64,000 nucleotides of DNA from Victivallaceae bacterium (GCA_045635865.1 JAZTWK010000055.1:11230-75229), one strand, 5' to 3'. Positions 19,324 to 29,436 are shown, counted from the first letter of the stretch. The notes: generated from the sequence alone by a model not told the origin. Translations and numbers: made by a program.

Positions 19324-20634
19324 ATGAAAACTTACCGGGAAAATGCTCACGAACTGCCCGTCGTCGCCGACATGGATGTCCTCATCGCCGGGGGCGGCCC
19401 GGCGGGAATCGGCGCCGCGATCGGCGCCGCCAAGGCGGGGGCGAAAAAAATCCTGCTACTCGAAAAAGACAACGCCCTCGGCGGCATGGCGACCATGGGG
19501 ATGATGTCCCACTGGGGCGGCAGTACCGGTTCGCCGGAGATCGTGTACATTCAGGAGCGGGCGAAAAAGATCCTCGACTGCGACTTGGGCAGCCCCAAAT
19601 TCATCTACACCATTCACCACGAAGCGCTCAAAAGCGCATTGCTCGACTATTTGACCGAACTCGGCGTCGAGTTGCAGTTCAACACGTTGGTCGCCGACGC
19701 CATCGTGGAAAACGGTCAACTCCGCGGAGTCATCACCGAGAGCAAGTCCGGGCGCGAAACGATCCTCGCCAAGGTTACGATCGACTGCACCGGCGACGGC
19801 GACGTCGCCGCGCGCGCCGGGGCGGCATTCACCCTCGGCCGCCCGGACGATCACCTCTGTCAGCCAGTAACTTTGATGTTTCGGATCGGCGGAGTGGACT
19901 ACTCGCGCGCCATTTTCCCCGGTTCTTTTGAAACGCTCGTAGACGTGCCGGCAGGGGAAATTCAGGCGCTGGGGCGGGAGTTTCTGCCCTTTCCGGCGGG
20001 ACATGTTTTGCTTTACAAGACCCATTTGCCCGGCGAAGTCTGCGTCAACATGACCAACGCCATTCACATCGACGCCACCGACGCGCGGGCGCTGAGTCAG
20101 GCGGAAATATCCTGCCGCCGGCAGATCCCCGCCATCATCGCTTTTTTGCGCAAATACGCTCCGGGCTATGAAGCGTGCTACTGGGTGACATCCGCCTCCA
20201 ACGCCGGGGTGCGGGAAACCCGCCACTTCCAAACGCTCCAGGAGCTTTCCGCCGAGGATATTACCGAGGGGCGGCTCTTTCCCGATTGGATCATCACCGG
20301 CAACGCCTTCAACTTCGACATCCACCACGTCAACGGCGCGGGGCTCGACCCCCACGGGGCGCAGAGCGCCTTTCGCATGAAAGGGCGCTACTCCATTCCG
20401 GCGGGGTGCTGTATCCCGGAAAAACTCGACGGACTGTTGCTCGCCGGGCGGTGCATCGGCGGCAGTCACAAGGCGCACTCCAACTTCCGGATCATGTCGG
20501 TCTGCCTCGGCATTGGTCAAGGTACCGGGGTAATGGCGGCGAAAGCGGTCGAAACCAATACTTCGGTGCGGAGCGTCGATATTGCCGCGGTACAAAAGGA
20601 ATTGATGCGTCAGGGCATTCCCGATCACAACTGA
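19324..20634 (+). CDS. FAD-dependent oxidoreductase
   Basis: N-terminal dinucleotide-binding motif DVLIAGGGPAGIGAAIGAAKAG. 436 aa. Confidence 0.75.
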   Translation: MKTYRENAHELPVVADMDVLIAGGGPAGIGAAIGAAKAGAKKILLLEKDNALGGMATMGMMSHWGGSTGSPEIVYIQERAKKILDCDLGSPKFIYTIHHEALKSALLDYLTELGVELQFNTLVADAIVENGQLRGVITESKSGRETILAKVTIDCTGDGDVAARAGAAFTLGRPDDHLCQPVTLMFRIGGVDYSRAIFPGSFETLVDVPAGEIQALGREFLPFPAGHVLLYKTHLPGEVCVNMTNAIHIDATDARALSQAEISCRRQIPAIIAFLRKYAPGYEACYWVTSASNAGVRETRHFQTLQELSAEDITEGRLFPDWIITGNAFNFDIHHVNGAGLDPHGAQSAFRMKGRYSIPAGCCIPEKLDGLLLAGRCIGGSHKAHSNFRIMSVCLGIGQGTGVMAAKAVETNTSVRSVDIAAVQKELMRQGIPDHN

Positions 20635-20645
20635 GCCGCCGAAGC

Positions 20646-20674
20646 TTGCAAAGGCGCCCCGGAAGCGGTATATT
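20646..20674 (+). promoter_or_regulatory. sigma-70-type promoter TTGCAA-N17-TATATT
   Basis: -35 at 20646-20651, 17-nt spacer, -10 at 20669-20674. It lies 28 nt upstream of the ATG at 20703. Confidence 0.5.
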
Positions 20675-20702
20675 TAGACTATACAACTTTCGGGAGCACA
20701 TC

Positions 20703-21938
20703 ATGGATAAGAAATTCGGCTTCAACGGCAAACAGTTTTTCCTCTGGTTTTTTGCCCTGGCGATCGGCGCCGTGCTCGGCGCGTGGAACCGCCCCGGGCT
20801 CAATGAGTTTTTCAACTTCATCGCCGCCATTTACACCAAACTCTTTCAGTTTGTGGCGGTGCCGACCATTGCGCTGGCGATCATCACCACGCTCGCTTCG
20901 CTGGGCACCAAGAAAGAGACCGGGCGGATATTTTTGCACACGATCACTTACACATTGCTCACCACCTTTGCCGCCGCGATCGTCGGCGCACTACTCTACA
21001 AGTGGATCTCCCCCGGCAATCTACCCGCCGAAATGATCCAAAACGGTCAGGCGGAAGTGCCGCAAAACTTGGGTCGGCTCACCGTTTACAATCACATCCT
21101 CGCGGTGGTGCCCGACAACATCATCAAGCCGCTGTCTTCCGGCAACGTCTTGAGCATTTTGATCGTGGCGGCGGCGGTCGGCTTCGCGCTGGCGGCGGGC
21201 AAGAAATCGGAAAACATCGCCGTCTTGCACAAGGGCATTTTCGGGCTTCAGGAAGTGCTTTTTGCGCTGATCCGGGCGCTGGTGACCGTACTGCCCTTGG
21301 GGATCGTCGCCTTTGCCGCGCAACTGGCGGCGCAGGTTTCCGCCGGAGTGGTGGTCGGTTCGTTGGGCAAATATCTGGCGGTGGTGCTCGGCGGCAACGT
21401 CATCCAGTTTTTCCTCATTTTGCCGCTCTTTTTGCTGCTCAACCGGATCAATCCGCTCAAAATCTTTCGCGGAATGTTGCCGGCGGTGCTGATGGCGCTC
21501 TTTACCAAGAGTTCCGCCGCGACGCTCCCGGTGACGGTAGCTTCGGCGGAAAACAATCTTTCCACCCGCCCCGAAGTGGCGCGCTTCGTCCTGCCGATCT
21601 GCTGTACGATCAATATGAATGGCTGTGCGGCGTTTATTCTGGTTTCCTCGCTCTTTGTCCTGCAAAACGGCGGGGCGACGCTCACGCTTTCGACCGTGGC
21701 GCTCTGGATCGTGATCGCGGTGGTTTCCGCGGTCGGCAACGCCGGGGTGCCCATGGGGTGCTACTTTCTCACGCTCTCGCTGATGTCGGGCATGGGGGCG
21801 CCGATCGGGATCTTGGGCGTCATTTTGCCGCTATACACGGTGATCGACATGGTGGAAACGGCGGAAAACGTCTGGTCGGATTCCTGCGTCTGCGCGATCG
21901 TCAACCGCCAGATCAACCGGGAAGCCCAACTCCAGTAG
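20703..21938 (+). CDS. dicarboxylate/amino acid:cation symporter (DAACS family)
   Basis: MDKKFGFNG... start at 20703. ..TKSSAATLPVT.. and ..GVPMG.. motifs typical of GltP/SstT-type carriers. Confidence 0.85.
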   Translation: MDKKFGFNGKQFFLWFFALAIGAVLGAWNRPGLNEFFNFIAAIYTKLFQFVAVPTIALAIITTLASLGTKKETGRIFLHTITYTLLTTFAAAIVGALLYKWISPGNLPAEMIQNGQAEVPQNLGRLTVYNHILAVVPDNIIKPLSSGNVLSILIVAAAVGFALAAGKKSENIAVLHKGIFGLQEVLFALIRALVTVLPLGIVAFAAQLAAQVSAGVVVGSLGKYLAVVLGGNVIQFFLILPLFLLLNRINPLKIFRGMLPAVLMALFTKSSAATLPVTVASAENNLSTRPEVARFVLPICCTINMNGCAAFILVSSLFVLQNGGATLTLSTVALWIVIAVVSAVGNAGVPMGCYFLTLSLMSGMGAPIGILGVILPLYTVIDMVETAENVWSDSCVCAIVNRQINREAQLQ

Positions 21939-21940
21939 CG

Positions 21941-22864
21941 CTACGCCCAAAGTTCGTATTTCGGCAGTAACTTTGCCGCGGCGGCGTTGTCGAACTCCCC
22001 GGCGCGCGCCGATAGACAGTTGGCGCTCGCCGCCGCCAGGGCACAAGCGAATGACTCCGCCGTCGGTTTGCCGGCGAGGAGCTCGCTCAACATCACCGCC
22101 GAGCAAGTGTCGCCGGCGCCCAGCGGACTGACCACTTTGATTTCCGGGATCGAGTAGCGCCAAATGCGCCCCGCTTCCGCCAAAAAAGCTCCGTTCCCGC
22201 CGTCGGTGATCGCCAAAACGCCGTGCGGCCACCGGGTCATCCCGGCGCGGAGCGCGGCGAGCGCTTCACTTTCGCCGGTAAGTTTTTTCAATTCGTCCAG
22301 ATTGATCTTTAAAATGAGATCCGCCACCGCGTCGAGCAGCGGAGCGTAAATTGCGTCCACGAGCAGCTTTACGCCGTGTTTCTCTGCGCGTTTTCCGACT
22401 TCAATGTAGAGCGACTTATCCGTGCCGTCGGGGAGCGAACCGGTGATCGCCGCCCCCTGCACCTGCGCCAAGCCGGAATCCAACGCGAGCAGCATTGCCG
22501 CAATTTCGGCTTCGCCCGGAGCCTGCGACGGCTCGATGAGTTCGGTCATCGCCGCGCCGGAAAAATCGAGCAAGGTGATGCAGCAGCGGGTTTCCGCGGC
22601 GACCGGCACCGCTTGGCACTCAATGCCCTCGGCTCGCAACCCCGCCTCGTGGCGACGCCCGTTGCCCCCGCCGGAAAACTGGTAGAGCACCGGATCGGCG
22701 ACGCCCCGGCACCGGGCGGCGCGGCAGAAGTTCACCCCCTTGCCGCTGGCGTAGGACTCCATTTTTTCCGCCCGGTTCACTTCGCCGCTTCTGAAATGGG
22801 GGAAGTAGAGGGTTTTCTGCCACGCCGGATTGGCGCCAAACACCAGAATTTTCGGTTTACTCAT
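21941..22864 (-). CDS. PfkB family sugar(-phosphate) kinase (1-phosphofructokinase/tagatose-6-phosphate kinase-like)
   Basis: ..SGKGVN.. N-terminal motif and ..SPLGAGDTCSAV.. C-terminal PfkB signature. 307 aa. Confidence 0.8.
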   Translation of the reverse strand: MSKPKILVFGANPAWQKTLYFPHFRSGEVNRAEKMESYASGKGVNFCRAARCRGVADPVLYQFSGGGNGRRHEAGLRAEGIECQAVPVAAETRCCITLLDFSGAAMTELIEPSQAPGEAEIAAMLLALDSGLAQVQGAAITGSLPDGTDKSLYIEVGKRAEKHGVKLLVDAIYAPLLDAVADLILKINLDELKKLTGESEALAALRAGMTRWPHGVLAITDGGNGAFLAEAGRIWRYSIPEIKVVSPLGAGDTCSAVMLSELLAGKPTAESFACALAAASANCLSARAGEFDNAAAAKLLPKYELWA

Positions 22865-22867
22865 AGT

Positions 22868-25800
22868 TTATCCAAATACCGGTATAACCTTGCCCAGCCG
22901 CAACGCCAGAAGTCGGCAGGCAACTTTTTCCGGAGCGAGTTGGAGTAACTGCGCCAGCGCCGCGCGATAGGCTTTCAACTGCTCGGCGTGGCGCGCCAGA
23001 AAGCCGGCTTCGCTGGTCAGGTCGTCGCTCTTGTAGTCGCTGACCGTCGCGCCGACGATCCGGTCGGAGTCATCGAGCGCGATCTCCACCCGGTCGAAAC
23101 AGCCGGAAATGCACTGTCCGGCGGGGGTGCGGAGCAAAAACCGCCACTCGCGGTGGAGCCGGAAATTCCCCGTCGGTCGGGTCAACGCCTGATAAATCTC
23201 GCTCCCCGGAGCCATCGCCGTCGCCCAAATTTCCCGCGCCGCGAGCCCGATCTCATCGTTTCCGGCAAGCGCTTCGATCGCGGCAGGGTCGAGCGTATCG
23301 ACGAATTGCACTTGCTCAAACATCGCGTGGAGCCGGGTGCCCAGTTCGGCGCCGAGGCTCGGCTCAAAATTACTGACCCCCTGCCACGGGGAAAGCTGTT
23401 CGGGCAGTGCCGAGGGGGATTCCCAATGGATCTCGCGGGCGGGGCAGGCGCGGAAAAGCGCACTGTCCTCGGCGGCCGACGGCTTTTCCGCCTGCTCGTT
23501 TTCGTACCAGAGCGGATCGCCGGATTCAAAGATCCCCGCCGCCCCGGGAAGCGCGGATCTTCCCTGCAACGCATCATAGAGCATTTTATCGGCGCGGAAA
23601 CCCTTGTTTTCCTTGTCGGGCAATTTGCCGACGATCATATAGAGCGCCCGCTTGGCGCGGGTCATGGCGACGTAAAGTCCGCATCCGCGCTCGTAAAATT
23701 GGTCGGCTTCGAGCGTGGCTTTGATCTGTTGCAGACCCGGCAGTACGGCTTCGGCGGCGTCGCCGGGCAGGAAGCTCACCCAGCTCGGGGTGAAATCCGT
23801 CACCCCCGGCGGCATCGGTTCGACGGCGAGCGTCGGGGTGTGACTGCTCGGATTTACGCCCAATTCCGGCAGGATGACGATGTCGAATTCCAGACCCTTG
23901 GATTTGTGAATGGTCATGATCTGGATCGTGCCGGAGCGGGATTGATCCGCGCTGGTGAACTTATCCCAGCGGGCAAGAAACTCGTCCACCGTGCCGGTGA
24001 AGTTGCGCGCCGCGCGCGACACCACCTCGACCCGTTCGCGGTCAAAGGCGGCGAGTTCCGCCGCCCACGCCCGCCGGAACTTTTCGACCAGACCGGAAAG
24101 CCCCAGCGCGACCAATTCCGCATGCAGACGATCGGAAAGTTCGACCCAGTTTTCCGCCGCATCGAGTCCCAGTTTGGCGGCAAGATACTGCGGGGTAAGG
24201 AGTTGGCCGTGGCGCCGCCGGATCATCCCCAACGCCGGAGCAAAGCCGTCGCCGGGGTGGTTCGCCAATCTCAACAGGAGGAACAAAATGGTGCAGACCA
24301 TGCTTTCGGCGGGCTTCGCCGCCCCCTCGGCGCTGATCGGCATGGGGAAGTGCAAAGCGGCAAGTCCCTGCTTGTACTTTTCCACTTCCTTGTTGGTGCG
24401 GAGCAAAATCGCCGCCGAGAGTCCGCGCTCCAAGGGGCGGATCTCCTCGAGCAGCTCGAGCACCCGAAAGATCCGCAACGATTGATCGTCTTTGCCCGCT
24501 TGGTTGACTACTTCAAAGAGTTTCGCGTAGCCCGACAATTTGCTTTTGGCGGCGGTGTGGGTGTGGAAGTCCAGCCGTTCGAGCATCGCCCGATAGGGCT
24601 CGCTCTGCCTTTCGCCGGAAAGGAACGTCTGGTTGACCGCATCGATCACCTGCGGCGCGGAACGGTACGAAGTATCCGAATACTCGGGCTTCAAATTGTG
24701 TTCGGCGCAGATGAGGTCGAAAAGCCGGGGGTTGCCCTGCCGCCACAGATAGAGCGCCTGCTTGACGTCGCCGACGAGGAAAAAGGACTGCTGATCGCCT
24801 TGGATCGCCTCGGCAACCAGATTTGCCATGAAATTCCACTGGCTGTCGCTGGTATCCTGAAACTCGTCGAGCATGTAGTGGCGATTGCGGGTATCGAGCC
24901 GATATTCCAGATCGAGTTTGCAATCTTCCGCCAAGGAGCCGAGCAGCTTGGGCAGATCGCGAAAGGCGATCCTGCCCTGACTGCGGATCTTTTCCGAGTA
25001 GAGGTCGTCGTAAAGTTTGAGCATCCGGTAAGCGGCGCGCGACTTGCCGATCTTGCTGTCGAGTTCGATCGTCGCCACGTGCCGGGCGAGTTTTTCCGCC
25101 GCCGCCGCCATTTCTTCGCTGAATGTGTACTGCTTGCGGTAAAAGAAGAGTTTTTCGGGGGTATGCTCGGCGCCGAAGCCCTTGGTCTTGCCGCTTCGGG
25201 CGAGATCGATCAACGTGCTGATGCGCTCTCGGATCTTACCCGGGTATTCGTAGTTTTCGCGCCCGACCAGCAAGGTATCGGCACAGCGGTCGATTTCCCC
25301 CTGCGTCAGCTTGGCGGCGCCGACTTTTTGCAGATTGCCCCAACTTTCCTCCGCGGGGAAAAGCAGATACTTGGGGTAGTTTTCGTTGATGAAGTCCCGA
25401 AGCGTATCGGTGAGGTTGCGGGCGTTGCTGCCCTCGGCAAACTCCTTGAGCAGCGGCAAAAGATTGCCCTTTTCGCGCCGGATGACGTCGCGCAACACCT
25501 GCTCCATGCCGGTATCGGTGGCTTCGTCGATCATTTCCACCGCGCCGGAAATGCCGAATTCCGGGGAAAACGCCTCGATGATCCGCACCAAAAAGCTGTC
25601 GATGGTGCTGATCTGGAGTTCCCGGCTTTTGAGGATGCGCCCCAGCAATTCCGGGAGCATCGCGGGAGTCAGCTCCGCGGGGAGCAGATTCTGCTCGATG
25701 CGTTGGCGCAACAGCGCCGGATCGTCGATCATTTCCAAAAGCTGACCGATGATCTTGTCGAGGATCTCCCCCGCCGCCTTGCGGGTAAAGGTGATGGCGA

Positions 25801-25945
25801 CGATCTGCGCCGGATCTTCATTGGGAAAGCAAAAGAGGAGCGAGATAAAGCGCATCGCCAGTTGAAAAGTCTTGCCGCTGCCGGCGGAGGCTTTGATGAC
25901 CAGATTCTGATTATCACCCAACGAGAATTCTTTTTTCTCTGCCAT
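22868..25945 (-). CDS. UvrD/Rep-type helicase with C-terminal PD-(D/E)XK nuclease (AddA/RexA-like)
   Basis: Walker A ASAGSGKTFQL, ..LDEFQDTS.., ..IMTIHKSKGLEFD.., C-terminal GCFDRVE...VSDYKSD nuclease motif. 1025 aa. Confidence 0.8.
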   Translation of the reverse strand: MAEKKEFSLGDNQNLVIKASAGSGKTFQLAMRFISLLFCFPNEDPAQIVAITFTRKAAGEILDKIIGQLLEMIDDPALLRQRIEQNLLPAELTPAMLPELLGRILKSRELQISTIDSFLVRIIEAFSPEFGISGAVEMIDEATDTGMEQVLRDVIRREKGNLLPLLKEFAEGSNARNLTDTLRDFINENYPKYLLFPAEESWGNLQKVGAAKLTQGEIDRCADTLLVGRENYEYPGKIRERISTLIDLARSGKTKGFGAEHTPEKLFFYRKQYTFSEEMAAAAEKLARHVATIELDSKIGKSRAAYRMLKLYDDLYSEKIRSQGRIAFRDLPKLLGSLAEDCKLDLEYRLDTRNRHYMLDEFQDTSDSQWNFMANLVAEAIQGDQQSFFLVGDVKQALYLWRQGNPRLFDLICAEHNLKPEYSDTSYRSAPQVIDAVNQTFLSGERQSEPYRAMLERLDFHTHTAAKSKLSGYAKLFEVVNQAGKDDQSLRIFRVLELLEEIRPLERGLSAAILLRTNKEVEKYKQGLAALHFPMPISAEGAAKPAESMVCTILFLLLRLANHPGDGFAPALGMIRRRHGQLLTPQYLAAKLGLDAAENWVELSDRLHAELVALGLSGLVEKFRRAWAAELAAFDRERVEVVSRAARNFTGTVDEFLARWDKFTSADQSRSGTIQIMTIHKSKGLEFDIVILPELGVNPSSHTPTLAVEPMPPGVTDFTPSWVSFLPGDAAEAVLPGLQQIKATLEADQFYERGCGLYVAMTRAKRALYMIVGKLPDKENKGFRADKMLYDALQGRSALPGAAGIFESGDPLWYENEQAEKPSAAEDSALFRACPAREIHWESPSALPEQLSPWQGVSNFEPSLGAELGTRLHAMFEQVQFVDTLDPAAIEALAGNDEIGLAAREIWATAMAPGSEIYQALTRPTGNFRLHREWRFLLRTPAGQCISGCFDRVEIALDDSDRIVGATVSDYKSDDLTSEAGFLARHAEQLKAYRAALAQLLQLAPEKVACRLLALRLGKVIPVFG

Positions 25946-25948
25946 TTT

Positions 25949-28762
25949 CTATTCCTCCACCGTATCGGCTTCCACCCCGTTGAGAAACAGCGGGGCAAAA
26001 CCGCGATATTCTTTGCCGTTGAAATCGGTGACCAAGTTGCCGTCGGCGGCGCAGACTTCCAGTTCGCCGCGAATTTGGTCGAGGGTCGGGGCGACCAGTT
26101 TGACCGCGTGATCAAAACTCTTTTCCTCGGTGCTTGACCACAGATTCAGCTTGACGTCGTCGGTCGCGGTCAACACCAGATAGCCGACTTCGATCTTTAC
26201 CTGCGCGGGGTCGAGATCGTGCTTGCGCCAGAACTCCGCGTCGAGTTCGAGCAAGATCCGGTAAAGCGGCAACTGCAGATTTTTCAGGTGCAGATTTTCG
26301 CCCGAACCCGCCCAGTGGTCCTTTTCCGGAACCGTATCTTTGCTGTAGGTTTTGATGTCCACGAGGCGCAACGTGGTGCGATCCGGCGACAATTCGATGC
26401 GGTCGATCGTGCCGCGGAGCAGGAAGTTTTGGTATTCGATCCCCGCGCCGCCGCCGAGCCGATACTCGGTTTCCAGCAGGGTAAAGGGATTTTCTTCCGC
26501 GGCGTAGAACTCCGCCGCCGCCGTCAGCCGCGCTTCGATCTGGCGGCTCTGCAACTCCACCAACAGCGGCAAGGGCGAGCCGAACTTTTCGCGCAAGTAC
26601 TCGGCGGCGCCGGCAAAGAAGTGCTTTTCCAACTCCGCGCGCGACCGATTCGGGCAGTCGCGCATTTTTTCCAACCCCCGGTGGCAGACGGTGCCGAAGT
26701 CGGCGGCGGACATTTCCCGCGCCTCGTAATCGACGAGGTCGATGCCGTAAACTTTTTGCAGTATAAACAGTTCCGGATTAGAGAGATAGTCCTTGAATGC
26801 AGTCACCGAGAAAACCCACTTGCCGCGCTGAAAATACTTCTGCTGGTTCAAGCGGGGGAAAGAGAGACGGTACTCGGCATCCCCGGCGGCGGCGGGCTCC
26901 GCCAAGCGCACCCTTCCGCACCGTTTTACCCGCTCCAACAGCCGTTGCTCGTCACCGCCCAGATAGAAAAGTTCCGAGGGGCGCAGCGGCGAATCGTCGG
27001 GGGCGTGGGTCAGGACGATCAGTTCGACCTCGCGACCGCTCTGCAGCAAGGTAAAAAGTTTGAAAGACTCCAGCGCGGTCTGGCGGGAACTGTCGTTCAG
27101 CCCCAATTCCCGCCGGATCGAGTCGGTGAGAAAGGGCGTCGCCCCCGCCACGCTCGGGATCACGCCGCTGTTGATGCCCACCAGGATCAGCCGCGACTGC
27201 CGGAGCGCCGGAACTTCCAAAAAGTTGTAAACCGGCGTCGCCGCCTCGGGGTGCGCCGGATAGAGCACCGCGTCTTCGGCGGAAGTCAAAAGATAATTAA
27301 GTTGCGCCGAAGCCGCGGGGAGCAATTTCAACACCGGCGAAGCCGCCAGTGCCGCGATCTCGGTCGTCCAGAAACGGATCTCTTCGCGCAGGGCGATCTG
27401 ACGCGTCGGCGGGAAGTCGGCGGTGCCGTAGAGCGCGGTGAGAAAACTTTTCAACTCGGCAAGGAGATCGCCCGCCGCCAAGCGCCGCAACTGCTCCAAC
27501 GCCGTGGTAAAGAGCCGCGCCAGCGGGGCAAACTCCACTTGCATCATTTTCAGCGCCGCCTCGACGCGGTCGGGCAGAAACTCGACTTGGAAGCGGTCGA
27601 GAAGCGTGCAATACTCCGCAAAACTTACGCTCGCTTCGCCAAATGCGCGCAGAAATTCCTCTTGCCGGATAAATTCGGCGATCGCGGGATAGTCGTCGTC
27701 TTTCCCGACGCGGGTCAGCGCGGTGTAAAGCAACTGCAACCCCTTGCCGATGCGCAGATAACGCACCGGGATACCGTCGGGCGAAAAGAGTTCGACGCGG
27801 GGGTCGAATGCGGCGGAAAAGTTTTCCGCAAAGTCAAAGTAGAAGTCCGGCCGCCCGAGGGCGATCGCCGTTTCCGCCGGGTCGAAGACGATTTTGCCGC
27901 CGGAAGTTTCGCTCCCGTCCGGAGCGGTTTTGCCGCCGCCGGTCGCCAATTTCGCCGCCAGTTGCGCCGCCGAAGCGAGATCGGCGCAGGCGTGGATATT
28001 TTCGGGCTTCACCGGCAAGCACTTGGCGGCAAACGCGGCGGCGCGGGGTTCGCCGTAATCATCGACCAGATCGGCGATGCCGGGGTCGCCTTGGATCAAC
28101 ACCGAAACCGGAATTTCCTTTTCCAAGAGCGCCAGTTTCCGGCGAAGCGGAGCGGGCAACCCCGGCACAAAGGCGACGATCACCTGGCGGAACTTCCGCA
28201 CCAGCGGGGCGATGTCCCGGGCGGCTTCCTGATCGAGCCGCGCGGGGTCGTTCAAGCCCAGTTCGCCCAGTTTTTCCTCAAATTTTTTCTCCAGTTTCGC
28301 CAACGCCTGCCACCGTTCTTCAATCTCGGGCATGGCATCGCCGATGATCCGGGCGGCTTCCGCGATCCGCCGCCCGCCCCGCACCAATTCGCCGCGCAGA
28401 TCGGCAAAGAGCCGGCCGGCGCTGGCGTAGTCGGCGGCGGTGAACTGGTCGTGCCGGGGGAGCAGTTGGGCGGCGGCGGGATCGTCGAGGATCTGCGCCC
28501 ACACCAGACGCTCCTCGGCGGGCGTCGCCGGGGCATCGTTTCTGCCGAAGTGGAGGACCCGGCCGGGGGTGAGGATCGCCGGCGGGCAGACGCCGCCGGG
28601 GAACTTTTCCAGCAGGACCTCCTGAAGTTGCCGCCCCCACAGACTGCCCGGCACGACGACGAGGGTCGAGCTGAAGTCCGGCAACGCGCCGACATTTCCT
28701 TGCGCTAGCGCCGAAATGACCGCTTCGTAAACCGAAATTTTCGGGTCGATAAAAGTCCTCAT
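25949..28762 (-). CDS. PD-(D/E)XK nuclease superfamily protein (AddB/RexB-like partner)
   Basis: C-terminal GTIDRIE...LVDIKTYSK nuclease motif. It lies 3 nt upstream of the AddA-like gene. The ATG at 28762 is preceded by GGAGG; the track start at 28852 lacks an RBS. Confidence 0.65.
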   Translation of the reverse strand: MRTFIDPKISVYEAVISALAQGNVGALPDFSSTLVVVPGSLWGRQLQEVLLEKFPGGVCPPAILTPGRVLHFGRNDAPATPAEERLVWAQILDDPAAAQLLPRHDQFTAADYASAGRLFADLRGELVRGGRRIAEAARIIGDAMPEIEERWQALAKLEKKFEEKLGELGLNDPARLDQEAARDIAPLVRKFRQVIVAFVPGLPAPLRRKLALLEKEIPVSVLIQGDPGIADLVDDYGEPRAAAFAAKCLPVKPENIHACADLASAAQLAAKLATGGGKTAPDGSETSGGKIVFDPAETAIALGRPDFYFDFAENFSAAFDPRVELFSPDGIPVRYLRIGKGLQLLYTALTRVGKDDDYPAIAEFIRQEEFLRAFGEASVSFAEYCTLLDRFQVEFLPDRVEAALKMMQVEFAPLARLFTTALEQLRRLAAGDLLAELKSFLTALYGTADFPPTRQIALREEIRFWTTEIAALAASPVLKLLPAASAQLNYLLTSAEDAVLYPAHPEAATPVYNFLEVPALRQSRLILVGINSGVIPSVAGATPFLTDSIRRELGLNDSSRQTALESFKLFTLLQSGREVELIVLTHAPDDSPLRPSELFYLGGDEQRLLERVKRCGRVRLAEPAAAGDAEYRLSFPRLNQQKYFQRGKWVFSVTAFKDYLSNPELFILQKVYGIDLVDYEAREMSAADFGTVCHRGLEKMRDCPNRSRAELEKHFFAGAAEYLREKFGSPLPLLVELQSRQIEARLTAAAEFYAAEENPFTLLETEYRLGGGAGIEYQNFLLRGTIDRIELSPDRTTLRLVDIKTYSKDTVPEKDHWAGSGENLHLKNLQLPLYRILLELDAEFWRKHDLDPAQVKIEVGYLVLTATDDVKLNLWSSTEEKSFDHAVKLVAPTLDQIRGELEVCAADGNLVTDFNGKEYRGFAPLFLNGVEADTVEE

Positions 28763-28857
28763 TTTTCCTCCCGGATAAAAAATTTTTAACTTTTCACTGT
28801 TAATATAACAACGAGTTTCCGAAAGTAAAGTAAAGAAAAATTTTTTTCGCATTTTTC

Positions 28858-28886
28858 TTGCAATCGGGTACTTGCGTAGCTATATT
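28858..28886 (+). promoter_or_regulatory. sigma-70-type promoter TTGCAA-N17-TATATT for bcp
   Basis: -35 at 28858-28863, 17-nt spacer, -10 at 28881-28886. A minus-strand TGTTATATT extended -10 at 28802-28810 may serve the divergent addB-like operon. Confidence 0.5.
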
Positions 28887-28938
28887 GCCATATATATTAT
28901 TATCTGGTCGTGGTCAAAAATTTGAAAGGATGTGCCTT

Positions 28939-29391
28939 ATGCAAACCGGATCGGTCGCCCCGGATTTTACGCTGTTGGATGCCAATGGCAACGCCGTGTC
29001 GCTCCGCGATTTTCGCGGGCAACGCGTGGTGCTCTACTTTTACCCCAAAGACCACACCCCCGGGTGTACCCGGCAGGCGTGCGCCTTTGCCGGACTCTAC
29101 GGCGAATTTGCCAAACGGGGCGTCGCGGTCATCGGGATCAGCAAAGACAGCGTGGAATCCCACCGCAAGTTTGCCGAAAAGTACAACTTGCCCTTCGTCC
29201 TGCTTGCCGATCCGGAGTTGCAGGCGATCCAAGCCTACGGCGTCTGGCAGGAAAAGAAACTCTACGGCAAAGTTTCCTTTGGCGTGGTGCGCACCACTTT
29301 TATCATTTCCGCCGACGGCAAGATCGAAGCGGTGATGCCCAAGGTGAAACCCGACACCAACGCCGCCGAAATCCTGACGATGCTGGGATAA
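28939..29391 (+). CDS. bcp: thioredoxin-dependent peroxiredoxin Bcp
   Basis: APDFTL...VVLYFYPKDHTPGCTRQAC motif. 150 aa from the ATG at 28939. Confidence 0.9.
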   Translation: MQTGSVAPDFTLLDANGNAVSLRDFRGQRVVLYFYPKDHTPGCTRQACAFAGLYGEFAKRGVAVIGISKDSVESHRKFAEKYNLPFVLLADPELQAIQAYGVWQEKKLYGKVSFGVVRTTFIISADGKIEAVMPKVKPDTNAAEILTMLG

Positions 29392-29421
29392 AAAAACGCC
29401 GCCCGAAATCTTCCGGGCGGC
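29390..29421 (-). terminator. intrinsic terminator hairpin between convergent genes
   Basis: CGCCGCCCG...CGGGCGGCG stem (29397-29421, about 9 bp, one bulge). On the minus strand it is followed directly by U7 (29396-29390). On the plus strand the U-tract is poor. Confidence 0.5.
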
Positions 29422-29436
29422 GGGGAAACTTTACTT

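Noticed and set aside
22988-28708. Very long plus-strand ORFs (1049 aa at 22988-26137 and 829 aa at 26219-28708) opposite the AddA/AddB-like genes
   Set aside because: The translations are low-complexity and Arg/Gly/Ala/Pro-rich, with no motifs, whereas the minus-strand frames carry Walker A, UvrD and PD-(D/E)XK motifs. These are typical stop-poor antisense frames of GC-rich DNA.
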